Below, in pieces: positions 48,388 through 59,985 of a stretch of 64,000 bases of DNA. Each line of letters opens with the position of its first letter. Position 1 is the first letter of the stretch. Source of the stretch: Catajapyx aquilonaris (lineage: Eukaryota); assembly GCA_000934665.2 (NCBI GenBank), contig KZ537983.1, positions 1-64,000 of the forward strand, read 5' to 3'. The notes beneath the pieces are model-generated. The model ran no database searches. It worked only from the letters and a program-made list of their open reading frames with translations, and was not told the origin of the DNA. The position numbers were made by a program, and so were the translations under genes.

Positions 48388-48849
48388 TTTCCAATATACA
48401 GTAGGCCTACAAATAAATTAGAGGAATCACTCCTTAACATATTCATATCAAAATGGTGCGGTTTTAGTTCAAGACCTACTACTAAAACTTCTCATTGCAT
48501 ACGCTGAAATACACCTGGTTAACAATGTATCATAGATGTCTGTCAGGCAGGTTGCATGAGTCACGCAATTCACAAGAAAAAACTTGACTAAAACCGACAT
48601 AAATATTGACCGAAAATGTAGCTCTATTGTTGCCATTTCAACAAGCATTTCAAGAACTACGGACATCTACAAAGCACATATTAGCATCGTGAAATATTTA
48701 AGATCAACATGCACGTCATCCCTGTACTCTTCATTTCTGACAATAGAATAATTCACCATAGCAAAGGTTACCACGAGCAGACATTACGACGTACATGGGG
48801 GTTGTAATATTTATAAAAACAACTGAATCAAGTCAGATGGAGCAGAAGC

Positions 48850-50799
48850 ATGTGGTCGGCACTATGGTTACTGTTCCTGCTCTCGAGCATCGCTGCCGAA
48901 GCTGTACAAGTACTTCGAACTCATCATTATTCGGTGCCTGAAAATTTGGTGGCACATTTCCTGGACAGCCTCATGGACCAAATGGAAGACTGTCTACTGC
49001 TTCTAGCTGAAGACTATCGAACACCATTGCTGTTGCCTTTTGATGGACTCCTGAAGAGAAACATTTACGTCCACATCCACATGGATCCTGATTCCAATCA
49101 CTCATCATATACTGGCCCGTACTGGTTTTCCTGGCTGGAGATGCCTTCATCTAAGCATCAAGCAGGAACGTGCGTCTTGACGGTTTACTCCTTTGAAGAT
49201 CCAAAGCAGCTGGAGCCTCTGATTGAAACGACCGCTGCTCTTGTGCGTCCAAGAAACACGCAAGACTTCAATATCTTGTGGGACAGACGAGTAGGACTAT
49301 CAGATGATCAGATTTTCCAGGACATGCATAACGAACACTCATCCATGTTGATGAAGAAGGTACACATCAGTTATCACTCGGATCACGTTCTCCACCTGCA
49401 CAGCATTTGTTTGTACTGCGACAAAGGCAATCCAGTACTGGTATCACTAACCAATTATACAGCGAACTCATCCGTTCAGTCTGCAGACATGATATTCCCC
49501 GACTTGAATCGAAATTTACATGGAAAACTAGTAAAAAATATATTCATATATGACATGAATTCGACACTTGTGAAGTCTTTGATGCAAGCTGGCGAGCCTG
49601 TTTTCACACCCATGCGATTCATGGACGAATGGTGCGATCATGTCAACTGTGACTGGGTGCAGCACACTATCGACATGTCTCTTCCTGCAGAAACGAAGCT
49701 GGAAAATGGAACCTGGACTGGGATGTCAGGTGGTGTCCTTTATAGAAATTACGATATTGGAAGTTATTCTCTGCACACGTACGAATCACTGGAGATCACC
49801 ACCCACTCAGACATCATATCGTACGACCAGTTCACATTCCTAATCAGGAAGCCTCATGCAACATACTCATGGCATGCAATCCTGGAGGCCTACACTCCAT
49901 CAATGTGGTTGATGATCTTCCTGGCTTGCTCCATCTCCAGCTTCATCTTCTGGGGTCTCCTTAAGATCCACCTGATTGTCGAAAACTCTTTTCAACCTAA
50001 CCATCCACCAAGTCATACATTCCTATACAGTTTGCGTTTCCTATTCAGCACCTTAATTGAAGAAAACCCGAACCTGCTTCCAACAGGACACACCCCGAGG
50101 GTATTCATCGCATTCTGGTGGATCTTCTCAATGGTAATCACCTGCGGATATGACACCAAACTTATAGCTTTCCTGATTAACCCTAAATATGAGCAGCTAC
50201 CTACCTCCTTCAAGGAAATGGTGGCAACACCTAAATGGTCTTGGGGAATGTCTGAGAACCACGCTCCTTACATCAAGGCAGCAATAGGAGGTGCTCCAAT
50301 GGAGTACCTTCAGAAAGTTCCGCTAACCATGGAAGTGGACAAGGACTTCCACACCTGTATCAAGAGAACAGTTGACGAAGATTACTCCTGCATCAGCATA
50401 CAAAAACGTCTGATGCCCGAACGGTCCATTACAGTAGACCGAGAAGGATACATACCGATTGAACTTGTGTACGACACCACCCTGAGCATCAATTTAGGAT
50501 CAGTGTTTCACAAGTACAGCATTCTTCAACCGTTGCACAAAGAAAAGCTGACCAGTTGTTCGTCAGCAGGGATTATTGATAAGATGCAAGCTGATTACGT
50601 TCATGGTTATTTTGTCAAGAGTCTTCGTGAAGCTCGTCAAGAAGGTCGGTTGTATCATACATCCCTGGCTTTGAAGATTGAGCAGCTTCAAGGAGCTGTG
50701 TACTTTCTCATCATATTTGGATGGGGTGGAGCGTTTATCTGCTACGTAATTGAATTTATATCCGGACACCGATCACAATCATCAGTGAATCATCAGTGA
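48850..50799 (+). CDS. Divergent ionotropic receptor (variant iGluR), intronless
   Basis: Signal peptide; S1 ENGTWTGMSGGV...YDIG; pre-M1 FLIRKP..W.AIL.AY...MW; M3 RVFIAFWWIFSMVITCGYDTKLIAFLINP; M4 LKIEQLQGAVYFL. The S1 ligand-binding Arg position appears to be Ser (TYES). Confidence 0.88.
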   Translation: MWSALWLLFLLSSIAAEAVQVLRTHHYSVPENLVAHFLDSLMDQMEDCLLLLAEDYRTPLLLPFDGLLKRNIYVHIHMDPDSNHSSYTGPYWFSWLEMPSSKHQAGTCVLTVYSFEDPKQLEPLIETTAALVRPRNTQDFNILWDRRVGLSDDQIFQDMHNEHSSMLMKKVHISYHSDHVLHLHSICLYCDKGNPVLVSLTNYTANSSVQSADMIFPDLNRNLHGKLVKNIFIYDMNSTLVKSLMQAGEPVFTPMRFMDEWCDHVNCDWVQHTIDMSLPAETKLENGTWTGMSGGVLYRNYDIGSYSLHTYESLEITTHSDIISYDQFTFLIRKPHATYSWHAILEAYTPSMWLMIFLACSISSFIFWGLLKIHLIVENSFQPNHPPSHTFLYSLRFLFSTLIEENPNLLPTGHTPRVFIAFWWIFSMVITCGYDTKLIAFLINPKYEQLPTSFKEMVATPKWSWGMSENHAPYIKAAIGGAPMEYLQKVPLTMEVDKDFHTCIKRTVDEDYSCISIQKRLMPERSITVDREGYIPIELVYDTTLSINLGSVFHKYSILQPLHKEKLTSCSSAGIIDKMQADYVHGYFVKSLREARQEGRLYHTSLALKIEQLQGAVYFLIIFGWGGAFICYVIEFISGHRSQSSVNHQ

Positions 50800-52175
50800 A
50801 CAACTGGAGAATGCATCATATGAACATTTCATGAAGTATGTCCGCACTTACAATGCACATTCGTACCCAACATTGTTTGGCCTTGATTACACGCATGACA
50901 TTCCACCCATGTTTCCATAATGCATAGTTTCACAATCACATCTGGCACTGCCTGGCACACACTACATGGTGCACCTGGCGATAATAGCATCATTTGAACC
51001 AGTCACGGATTATGATGCATTCAATATGGGAAGTCTGAATCAACTCTCGCTCTCTGTGTTTCTTTGCATCGGACTGATGACAAGAATTATTGCGGCCAAA
51101 GGTGAAGTGTGAACTTACTGTACCGACTTAAAAATTGATATTAATATTTTGTTATTATTTATAGACACGTATCTCAAAAGTGTCCCAACACATTTTGGCA
51201 AGATAGGCATCAGCAACACTACATGGAAGGTGAAGAAATCGAATAATTTAACTCCAATATATCTGCAAATGAATCAGTGCCAGTTCGAATAATTAATATG
51301 AAAATTCTAATTAGTATAGGATGACCTGGAAAAACGACATGAAACAGCAACAACTAGAGAAGAAATTTTCGTATCAGCATTTGCCCTCTTTGCAATGTTC
51401 ACGTTTTACAGAGTTGGGATATATCAACATAACTAAAATGCAGAACAGACGGCAATTTGCCATTGTAACAAGTATTCTCATATTGAAATTATTGTCATAG
51501 CTGCTACGAACTGTAAAAATAAACTCGAAATAATATTTCTGGTATTAATGTCCATTATTACTTTTGACTTTTTCACTGCTACACCCCAAAAGCTACATAC
51601 GGCTTCACCGCTACTCCTGAAATCATTATTATGCAATTGATCTAGTACAAAAGTGTTATTTATTTTGCATATGGTAGCTGGCCTATAAGCGGTCCATTCG
51701 GTGATTTTATTTAGCAAAACTAGGTCAACCAACTATGTGAATACTTCTTGTGCTCAATATTCGCCCACACTAGTTATGAATCAGTTACTGTCAATTTTCC
51801 AACAAAACACATCAAACCGAGATCAAATGACAAAGGCGAACTGCGTGTTACTGCTTGGAATAGAGAAACGTCCATAGTGGTCAACTGGTCACCAACCTCG
51901 CACAAATACTGACAGGCGTCTCTTTCTTTCTCTATTCGGAAACCCCACATCCTTTTATTGTAATCGTACAGATTGGATTCATGAAATAAGTATACAAATA
52001 ACTCGGGCCTACAATCCTAACCGTGATCCCAACCATCTTTAGGTCACGACTTGACCGTTAGCTGATACAAATGTCACAAAGGACCAAATGCACAATTCAT
52101 GTCTCTGGGAGTTCTTGCCAAACGTAGCAAAAGTGGAAAACACCACATATCAAAGTCACTTGCTAAGAAGTCAGA

Positions 52176-54158
52176 ATGTGGTACCAGATGCTACCATGTC
52201 TTATGCTCCTGTGTGGAGCTACTACAGCCAGGATAGTGATGCAAAGTGCCCAGAAGCAAGGACTGGAGGATCTGGTGGTTGATTTTCTGAACAACCTTAT
52301 GGACCAAATGGAAGACTGCCTACTGCTTCTAGCTGAAGACTATCGAACACCATTGCTGTTGCCTTTTGATGGACTCCTGAAGAGAAACATTTACGTCCAC
52401 ATCCACATGGATCCTGATTCCAATCACTCATCATATACTGGCCCGTACTGGTTTTCCTGGCTGGAGATGCCTTCATCTAAGCATCAAGCAGGAACGTGCG
52501 TCTTGACGGTTTACTCCTTTGAAGATCCAAAGCAGCTGGAACCTCTGATTGAAACGACCGCTGCTCTTGTGCGTCCAAGAAACACGCAAGACTTCAATAT
52601 CTTGTGGGACAGACGAGTAGGACTATCAGATGATCAGATTTTCCAGGATATTCATAACGAACACTCATCCATGCTGATGAAGAAGGTGCACATCAGTTAT
52701 CACTCGGATCAGTCGGATGTTCTCCATCTGCACAGCGTCTGTTCATATTGTGACAATGGTGACCCCCTATTGGTTTCAACTTTCAATTATTCATCTCAGT
52801 CCATAGTGCACACCAAATCTACAATATTTCCAGACCTGAATCGGAATTTGCATGGCAGGCTACTAAAAACTTTATTCGTATTTGACATGAATTCGACAGT
52901 TGTAAAATCTTTGCTGCAAGCTGGCGAGCCTGTCTTCACACCCATGCGATTCATGGATGAATGGTGCGATCATGTCAACTGTGACTGGGTGCAACACACC
53001 ATCGACACATCTGTTCCTGCAGAAGTGAAGTTAGAGAACGGAACATGGACCGGGATGTCAGGTGGCGTCCTTTACAGGAATTACGACATTGGAAGTTTCA
53101 CTTTCCTAACATACGAATCGTTAGAGATCACCACCCATTCAGACCTGATTTCCTACGACCAATTCACATTCCTGATCAGGAAGCCTCATGTAACATACTC
53201 ATGGCATGCAATCCTGGAGGCCTACACTCCATCAATGTGGTTGGTGATCTTCATGGCCTGCTCCATCTCCAGCTTCATCTTCTGGGGTCTTCTCACAATC
53301 CATCAACTCATGAAAAATTCCTTTCAACCTAACCGTCCACCACAGAACATCTTCCTCTACTGCTTGCATTTCCTGTTTACCACCTTAATAGGCGGTAGTC
53401 CCACTTTGAACCCAACCGGACATACTCCACGGGTATTCCTCGCATTTTGGTGGCTCTTCTCAATGGTAATCACCTGCGGATATGAGACAAAGCTCATCGC
53501 TTTTCTCATCACCCCCAATTATGAGCATCTTCCTGCCTCCTTCAAGGAAATGGTAGAAACACCTCAATGGTCTTGGGGCATGTCCGAGAACCACGCTCCT
53601 TACACCAATGCAGCAATAGGAGGTGCTCCAATGGAGTACCTTCAGAAAGTTCCGCCAACCATGGAAGTGGACAAGGACTTCCATACCTGCATCAAGAGAA
53701 CAGTTGACGAAGATTACTCATGCATCAGCATCAGGGAACGTTTGACTCCGGAACGATTCATCACCGTGGACCAAGAAGGACACATCCCTATTGAAGTCGT
53801 GTACGACACCACCTTGAGCATCAACGTGGGTCCGGTGTTTCACAAGTACAGCACTCTTCAACCGTTGCACCGTGACAAGTTGACGAGATGTTGGGCGGCC
53901 GGAATCATTGACAAGATGAGGCTGGATTACAATTATGCATATTTCGTTAAAGGTCTTAGAGATGCGAGAGAAACAAACAGGTTGTACCGTAAGTCCATGG
54001 CACTGAAGATTGAGCAGTTGAGAGGTGCGATTTATGTCCTGGTTATATTCGGATGGATGATAGGTGTCGTGTGTTTTTTGGCTGAAGTCGTGAAAGGTAG
54101 AAAAAAACAAAAGGAACAGGAGGCAAGTACAAGTATTGCGATATCACAAACAGAGTAA
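52176..54158 (+). CDS. Divergent ionotropic receptor, intronless tandem paralogue
   Basis: Same domain motifs as 48850-50799, with long identical protein stretches. Confidence 0.88.
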   Translation: MWYQMLPCLMLLCGATTARIVMQSAQKQGLEDLVVDFLNNLMDQMEDCLLLLAEDYRTPLLLPFDGLLKRNIYVHIHMDPDSNHSSYTGPYWFSWLEMPSSKHQAGTCVLTVYSFEDPKQLEPLIETTAALVRPRNTQDFNILWDRRVGLSDDQIFQDIHNEHSSMLMKKVHISYHSDQSDVLHLHSVCSYCDNGDPLLVSTFNYSSQSIVHTKSTIFPDLNRNLHGRLLKTLFVFDMNSTVVKSLLQAGEPVFTPMRFMDEWCDHVNCDWVQHTIDTSVPAEVKLENGTWTGMSGGVLYRNYDIGSFTFLTYESLEITTHSDLISYDQFTFLIRKPHVTYSWHAILEAYTPSMWLVIFMACSISSFIFWGLLTIHQLMKNSFQPNRPPQNIFLYCLHFLFTTLIGGSPTLNPTGHTPRVFLAFWWLFSMVITCGYETKLIAFLITPNYEHLPASFKEMVETPQWSWGMSENHAPYTNAAIGGAPMEYLQKVPPTMEVDKDFHTCIKRTVDEDYSCISIRERLTPERFITVDQEGHIPIEVVYDTTLSINVGPVFHKYSTLQPLHRDKLTRCWAAGIIDKMRLDYNYAYFVKGLRDARETNRLYRKSMALKIEQLRGAIYVLVIFGWMIGVVCFLAEVVKGRKKQKEQEASTSIAISQTE

Positions 54159-54845
54159 TGTAGTTAATATTATTAGATTCTTGTCACTCACTTCAGCCTC
54201 TCATCATCATGATTGCATAGTGTATACACTATAGAACAGGGTTCAATCCAATCTATTGTTGCGAGCACTAAATAACTCTTAAAATGACGTAGATCTTAGA
54301 TCAGGGATGATCCTTCCTCAACAGTTATGTATTATCTACGGTAAATAAAGCTGCTTATAATCAGATCCCACAAGAGTGTGTTTCTTAATTACCTATTCAA
54401 TCTTCAAGTAGTTTACGATTGCATCACGACCAACAATGTCTGCGCGAACTGCAGCGAATCACCGAATAGCAACTACTGCAGTTCAAAAAATTGAGCATCG
54501 GTTATGACAGAAGGCGAGAAAATAATGTTATGTCACCGAGAATCTGTAGTCTTCTGACCTATGATGTGCACATTCCAAGGACTTGCCGAGATAAGATGGT
54601 CATAATTATAAATTATTTCTCTGCATTGCACAGCCCTGCGGAATCAGCAAAATGTGCAACAATATCTATTTTAGCCTATGTTACATAAAACTATTAATTA
54701 CAAACCAAGGCCCTCGCTTATCACTGTGCTATTCATTTCCATACAACATATGACAAATATCGACATGTTTCCCCCCCGAGTACGACACTATCAATCATGC
54801 AACTTGCCCTTAGACCTTCAGCAATACCATCTGAGCCGTGCAGGC

Positions 54846-56526
54846 ATGAAGTTCACATTCATGATCACGGCCTTAACAGGCCTCTTTTGCATCGTGGAGT
54901 CATACAACATCCTGATGGTGATATACTTTGCTTCCAAGAGTCACAAGCAAGTGCTGGAGCCCCTAGCTAAAGGCCTTGCTGAACGTGGACATCAGGTGAC
55001 ATTCTTCAACCCGTTCCCCAAAACTTCAAAGGATATTCCAAATCTGAAAGAGGTTATTCCGAGTGAACTGACCAGTGGTATGGAAGGAGTGAATCGACGT
55101 TTCCAGAGTCGTGATCCTCCAAATAAGTTAAAAGTGCTGTTCAAGTTTTTTGACTTATCGATGGAAATGTGCGACATATTTTTGTCAAGTACGGAAACAC
55201 ACCAGCTCTTGAAGTCAAAGTTCGATATTGTGCTGATCGACGGTTTTTTGAACGACTGTGCTATTGGTTTGGCCTACCGTCTGCAAGTGCCGTTTGCTTA
55301 TGTAACACCAGCCACACTTCTGGGTTGGCAAGCAATGGGCACGAAAAATCCACTGCCATCGTCCGTAATACCATTCGGATTTACGCCGTACACCAACCCG
55401 ATGACATTTTGGCAACGGGTCATAAACTTTGTGTACAGCAATGCAGGGGATTTAATTCGTCTCTACTACGGGATCCCACATCATGATCACATTATGCGGA
55501 AACACTTGGGACAGGATCTTCCTTCGCTGGCAGACATGGAACGAAACATCAGTCTGGTGTTGATGAACCAGCACTTTTCGATGGAGTTCCCAAGAGCGTG
55601 GTTACCAGAAATGGTTGAAGTTGGAGGACTGCATTGTCGACCTCCTCTGCCTCTTCCAGACCCATTGTTGGAGTTTGTGGAAGGTTCTGAGGGCTTCATC
55701 TACTTCAGCTTCGGATCGCTTTTGGTTGGCAGTCAGATGGACCCCAAACTGCGAGATGCGTTTCTGTCTGTTTTCGGCAGCATCCAAGAGCGTGTCGTGT
55801 GGAAATGGGAGACTGAGACCATGGAGGGGGTTGACGTGCCCAAAAATATCAAGCTCATCAAATGGGTTCCTCAGCAGGACATTCTAGGTAAGCCTTGTCA
55901 CAATAAGATGATTGTAAGTAATACGTTTGGTTTCAGGGCATCCCAAGTGTCGGTTGTTCATCACCCAGGGTGGGATGATGAGCCAGCAGGAGGGTATTTA
56001 CCACAGTGTTCCCATGCTAGTCATACCCTTCTTGGGTGACCAAGAAGCAAATGCGATGCGAGCCATTAAGCTAGGTTTTGGCCTGAAGATGGAATTGGAC
56101 GAAATAACGCCTGATTTACTAAATCATACCGTCAGTCGACTTCTGGATGAGACACAGTATGTTGAGCGAGATGTTACAATCTAACAATAATTAGAATCTC
56201 AATTCAGTCCACTGTTGGACTTTGATTGACACTGGTTACTTTCTAGGTTCTGCCAACGTGTGGAACAAGTTTCAAGTATACATCGAGACCAAATTGTGAC
56301 CCCGATGGAGCTGGCCATATTTTGGACCGAGTACGTCATACGCCACAAGGGTTCACCACATTTGCGGTCCGTGGTCAGGGACATGCCTTGGTACCAGGTG
56401 TACCTGCTGGATGTGATATTGTTCATCGCGATAGTAGTCACCGCAGTATTAGCTGCAATGTACCTTGTGGTCCGAGCTGTTGTTCGGCTGTCATGTGAAA
56501 AACATAAGACACATAAAATAGATTAA
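54846..56526 (+). CDS. UDP-glycosyltransferase (copy 1)
   Basis: Exons 54846-55887, 55937-56156, 56247-56526. Signal peptide; catalytic SH; signature [21 protein letters not shown]...EG...VP...P..GDQ..N; C-terminal TM and KxKxx-type tail. Confidence 0.93.
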
Positions 56527-56742
56527 ATTGATGGGCCTATTAAGATTATTCTTCCAATCATATTATGTTGATACCTATGGCCACGATACACCGCCATGAT
56601 TGATGAACAACCGACACTTGAGATGCCCTGAAACCAAACGTATAGGTCTATTACTTACGAGCTACTTATACTTCTAAATTTTGACTAGGCTTATACCTAT
56701 AGAAATTCACTATCATTGATGTCTGTGGGAACAGCAGGTGAA

Positions 56743-57198
56743 TCCCTATAAATAAAGCTCAAAATGTGTACGCCGGTATGTATGTATGTATAATGTCACG
56801 TCTATTTAACCCATTGCTCCCCTTATTTTTAAGATGTGCTGTACGCCAGGTAAAACCGTAGGGTAAAGCATATACTATTCCACAAAAATGCTACTGTAAG
56901 GACTGAGTTTGCAACATATTGAGGTAAGGTGCTTTTTTTATCTCCCCATTTTGCTTTCTTTCTCACTGGCACAAAAATATCAGTAATGTCCTGGATCTGA
57001 CTATAGCTGAAACATATCCTGTACGGAAAAATTTTAGGGTCCCGTGGAAGGTATGAGGTCTTTGAGGTGTGGGAGATATTTCAGTGAGAGGTGTTTTAAG
57101 GTAAAGTAATTTTTGTTTGCTTGTTTGCCCATGGGAATGGGTATTTGTTGGTGATTATCATGGAAACAGGCAGTGCGAAGAACGGGCTCCGCTGTTAG
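56743..57198 (+). mobile_element. Helitron-type non-autonomous insertion in the UGT1-UGT2 spacer
   Basis: A|TCCCTATAAATAAAG ... ACGGGCTCCGCTGTTAG|T with no TSD and an internal (TATG)n. The paralogous spacer has the empty site GAA|TTACCTAATAAAA at 59593/59594. Confidence 0.8.
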
Positions 57199-57570
57199 TC
57201 ACCTAATAAAACTACTGCTGTCAAAAAATTAAGCATTTGCTATGACAGAAGGCGAGAAAAATGTTATGTCACCGAGAATCTGTAGTCCTCTGACCTGTGA
57301 TGTGCACATTCCCAGAACTTGGCGAGATAAGATGGTCATAATTATTTCTCTGCATTGCACAGAATTGCGGAATCAGAAAAATGTGCAACAATAATTTTAG
57401 CCTATGTTACATGAACCGAACTACAAACCAAGGCCATCGCTTATCACTGTGCTACTCATTTACATACAACATATGACAAATATCGACATGTTTTTTCCCC
57501 GGAGTACAACACCAGCTATCTATCACACACATCCTTAGACATTCAGCAATACCATCTGAGCTGTGCAGGC

Positions 57571-59399
57571 ATGAAGTTCACCCTTATGATCATGGCCTTA
57601 ACAGGCCTCTTCTGCATCGTGGAGTCATACAACATCCTGATGGTGATATACGTTGCTTCCAGGAGTCACAAGCAAGTGATGGAGCCCCTAGCTAAAGGCC
57701 TTGCTGAACGTGGACATCAGGTGACATTCTTCAACCCGTTCCCCAAAACTTCAAAAGATATTCCAAATTTGAAAGAGGTTATTCCGAGTGAACTGACCAG
57801 TGGTATGGAAGGAGTGAATCGACGTTTCCAGAGTCGTGATCCTCCAAATAAGTTAAAAGTGCTGTTCAAGTTTTTTGACTTATCGATGGAAATGTGCGAC
57901 ATATTTTTGTCAAGTCCGGAAACACACCAGCTCTTGAAGTCAAAGTTCGACATTGTGCTGATCGACGGTTTTGTGAACGATTGTGCTATTGGTTTGGCCT
58001 ACCGTCTGCAAGTGCCGTTTGCTTATGTAACACCAGCCACACTTCTGGGTTGGCAAGCAATGGGCACGAAAAATCCACTGCCATCGTCAGTAATACCATT
58101 CGGATTTACACCGTATACCAACCAGATGACATTTTGGCAACGGGTCATAAACTTTGTGTACAGCAACGTAGGGGATTTGATTCGTCTCTACTACGGGATC
58201 CCACATCATGATCACATTATGCGGAAACACTTGGGACAGGATCTTCCTTCGCTGGCAGACATGGAACGAAACATCAGTCTGGTGTTGATGAACCAGCACT
58301 TTTCGATGGAGTTCCCAAGAGCGTGGTTACCAGAAATGGTTGAAGTTGGAGGACTGCATTGTCGACCTCCTCTGCCTCTTCCAGACCCATTGTTGGAGTT
58401 TGTGGAAGGTTCTGAGGGCTTCATCTACTTCAGCTTCGGATCGCTTTTGGTTGGCAGTCAAATGGACCCCAAACTGCGAGATGTGTTTCTGTCTGTTTTC
58501 GGCAGCATCCAAGAGCGTGTCGTGTGGAAATGGGAAACTGAGACCATGGACGGGGTTGACGTGCCCAAAAATGTCAAGCTCGTCAAATGGGTTCCTCAGC
58601 AGGACATTCTAGGTAAGCCTTGTCACAACAATAAGATGCTTGTAAGTAATACGTTTGGTTTCAGGGCATCCCAAGTGTCGGTTGTTCATCACCCAGGGTG
58701 GGATGATGAGTCAGCAAGAGGGTATTTACCACGGAGTTCCCATGCTTGTCATCCCCTTTTTGGCTGACCAAGAAGCCAATGCGATGCGAGCCATTAAGCT
58801 AGGTTTTGGTCTGAAGATGGAATTGGACGAAATAACGCCTGATTCACTACATCATACCGTCAGTCGACTTCTGGATGAGACACAGTATGTTGAATAATTT
58901 CAATCTAATGAACTGGACATTATAGCGAAAAATGTGCGATATAGTGAAAATGGCTGAAAATTATGTCTTTTTGGAGAATCTTTTCTCGGGCTTGGGATAG
59001 AACCCGGGACACGACTTTTCATTGGACAAATTTCAGTTGTTTTTTCGCTCCACCCTACGGGACATCTGAATTCAATACACTCACTGTCGGGCTTTGATTG
59101 ACACTTGGTTTCTTTCTAGGTTCTGTCAACGTGTGGAACACGTTTCAAGTATACATCGAGACCAGATTGTGACCCCGATGGAGCTGGCAATATTTTGGAC
59201 CGAGTACGTCATACGCCACAAGGGCGCACCACATTTGCGGTCAGTGGTCAGGGACATGCCATGGTACCAGCTGTACCTGCTGGATGTGATATTGTTCATC
59301 GCGGTAGTAGTCACCGTCGTATTAGCTGCAATGTACCTTGCGGTTCGAGCTGTTGTTCGTATGTTATGTGGAAAACAGAAGACACATAAAATAGATTAA
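57571..59399 (+). CDS. UDP-glycosyltransferase (copy 2)
   Basis: Exons 57571-58612, 58665-58884, 59120-59399; near-identical to copy 1. Confidence 0.93.
58985..59010 (-). mobile_element. B-box-containing fragment within a copy-2-specific intron insertion
   Basis: Reverse complement GTCCCGGGTTCTATCCCAAGCCCGAG matches the SINE head GTCCCGGGTTCGATCCCAGCCCGAG near 33208-33232. This intron is ~145 bp longer than in copy 1. Confidence 0.45.
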
Positions 59400-59985
59400 A
59401 TTGAGATTATGATTATTCTTCCAATCATATTATGTTCTTACCTATGGCCACGATACATCAAAATGATTGATGAACAACTCACACTTGGAATTCCCTTAAA
59501 CCAAACATATAGGCTACATGTACTTCAGAGTTCTGACTAGCTTATACTACCTAGAAATTCACGACCAATTATGTCTGTGGAACAGCGGACGAATTACCTA
59601 ATAAAAACTAATACAGTGCAAAAAATTGAGGATCTGTTATGACAGAAGGCGAGAAAAAATGTTATGTCACCGAGAATCTGTAGTCCTCTGACCTATGATA
59701 TACGCATATGCTTATGAACTGGCCGAGATAAGATGGTCAAATGTTTCTCCGCTAGGATCCACAAATCATTGCTGAAGCAGCAAAATGTGCAACAATATCT
59801 ATTTTAGCCAATGTTACATGAAACTCATTACTAACCACGGCCCTCGTTAATCACTGTGTGCTCCTCATTTCCATACAATACAATATGACAAAATAAAATC
59901 AACATGTTTTTCCCCCCGAGTACGACACTATCAATCATGCAACTTGCCCTTAGACCTTCAGCAATACCATCTGAGCTGTGCAGGC

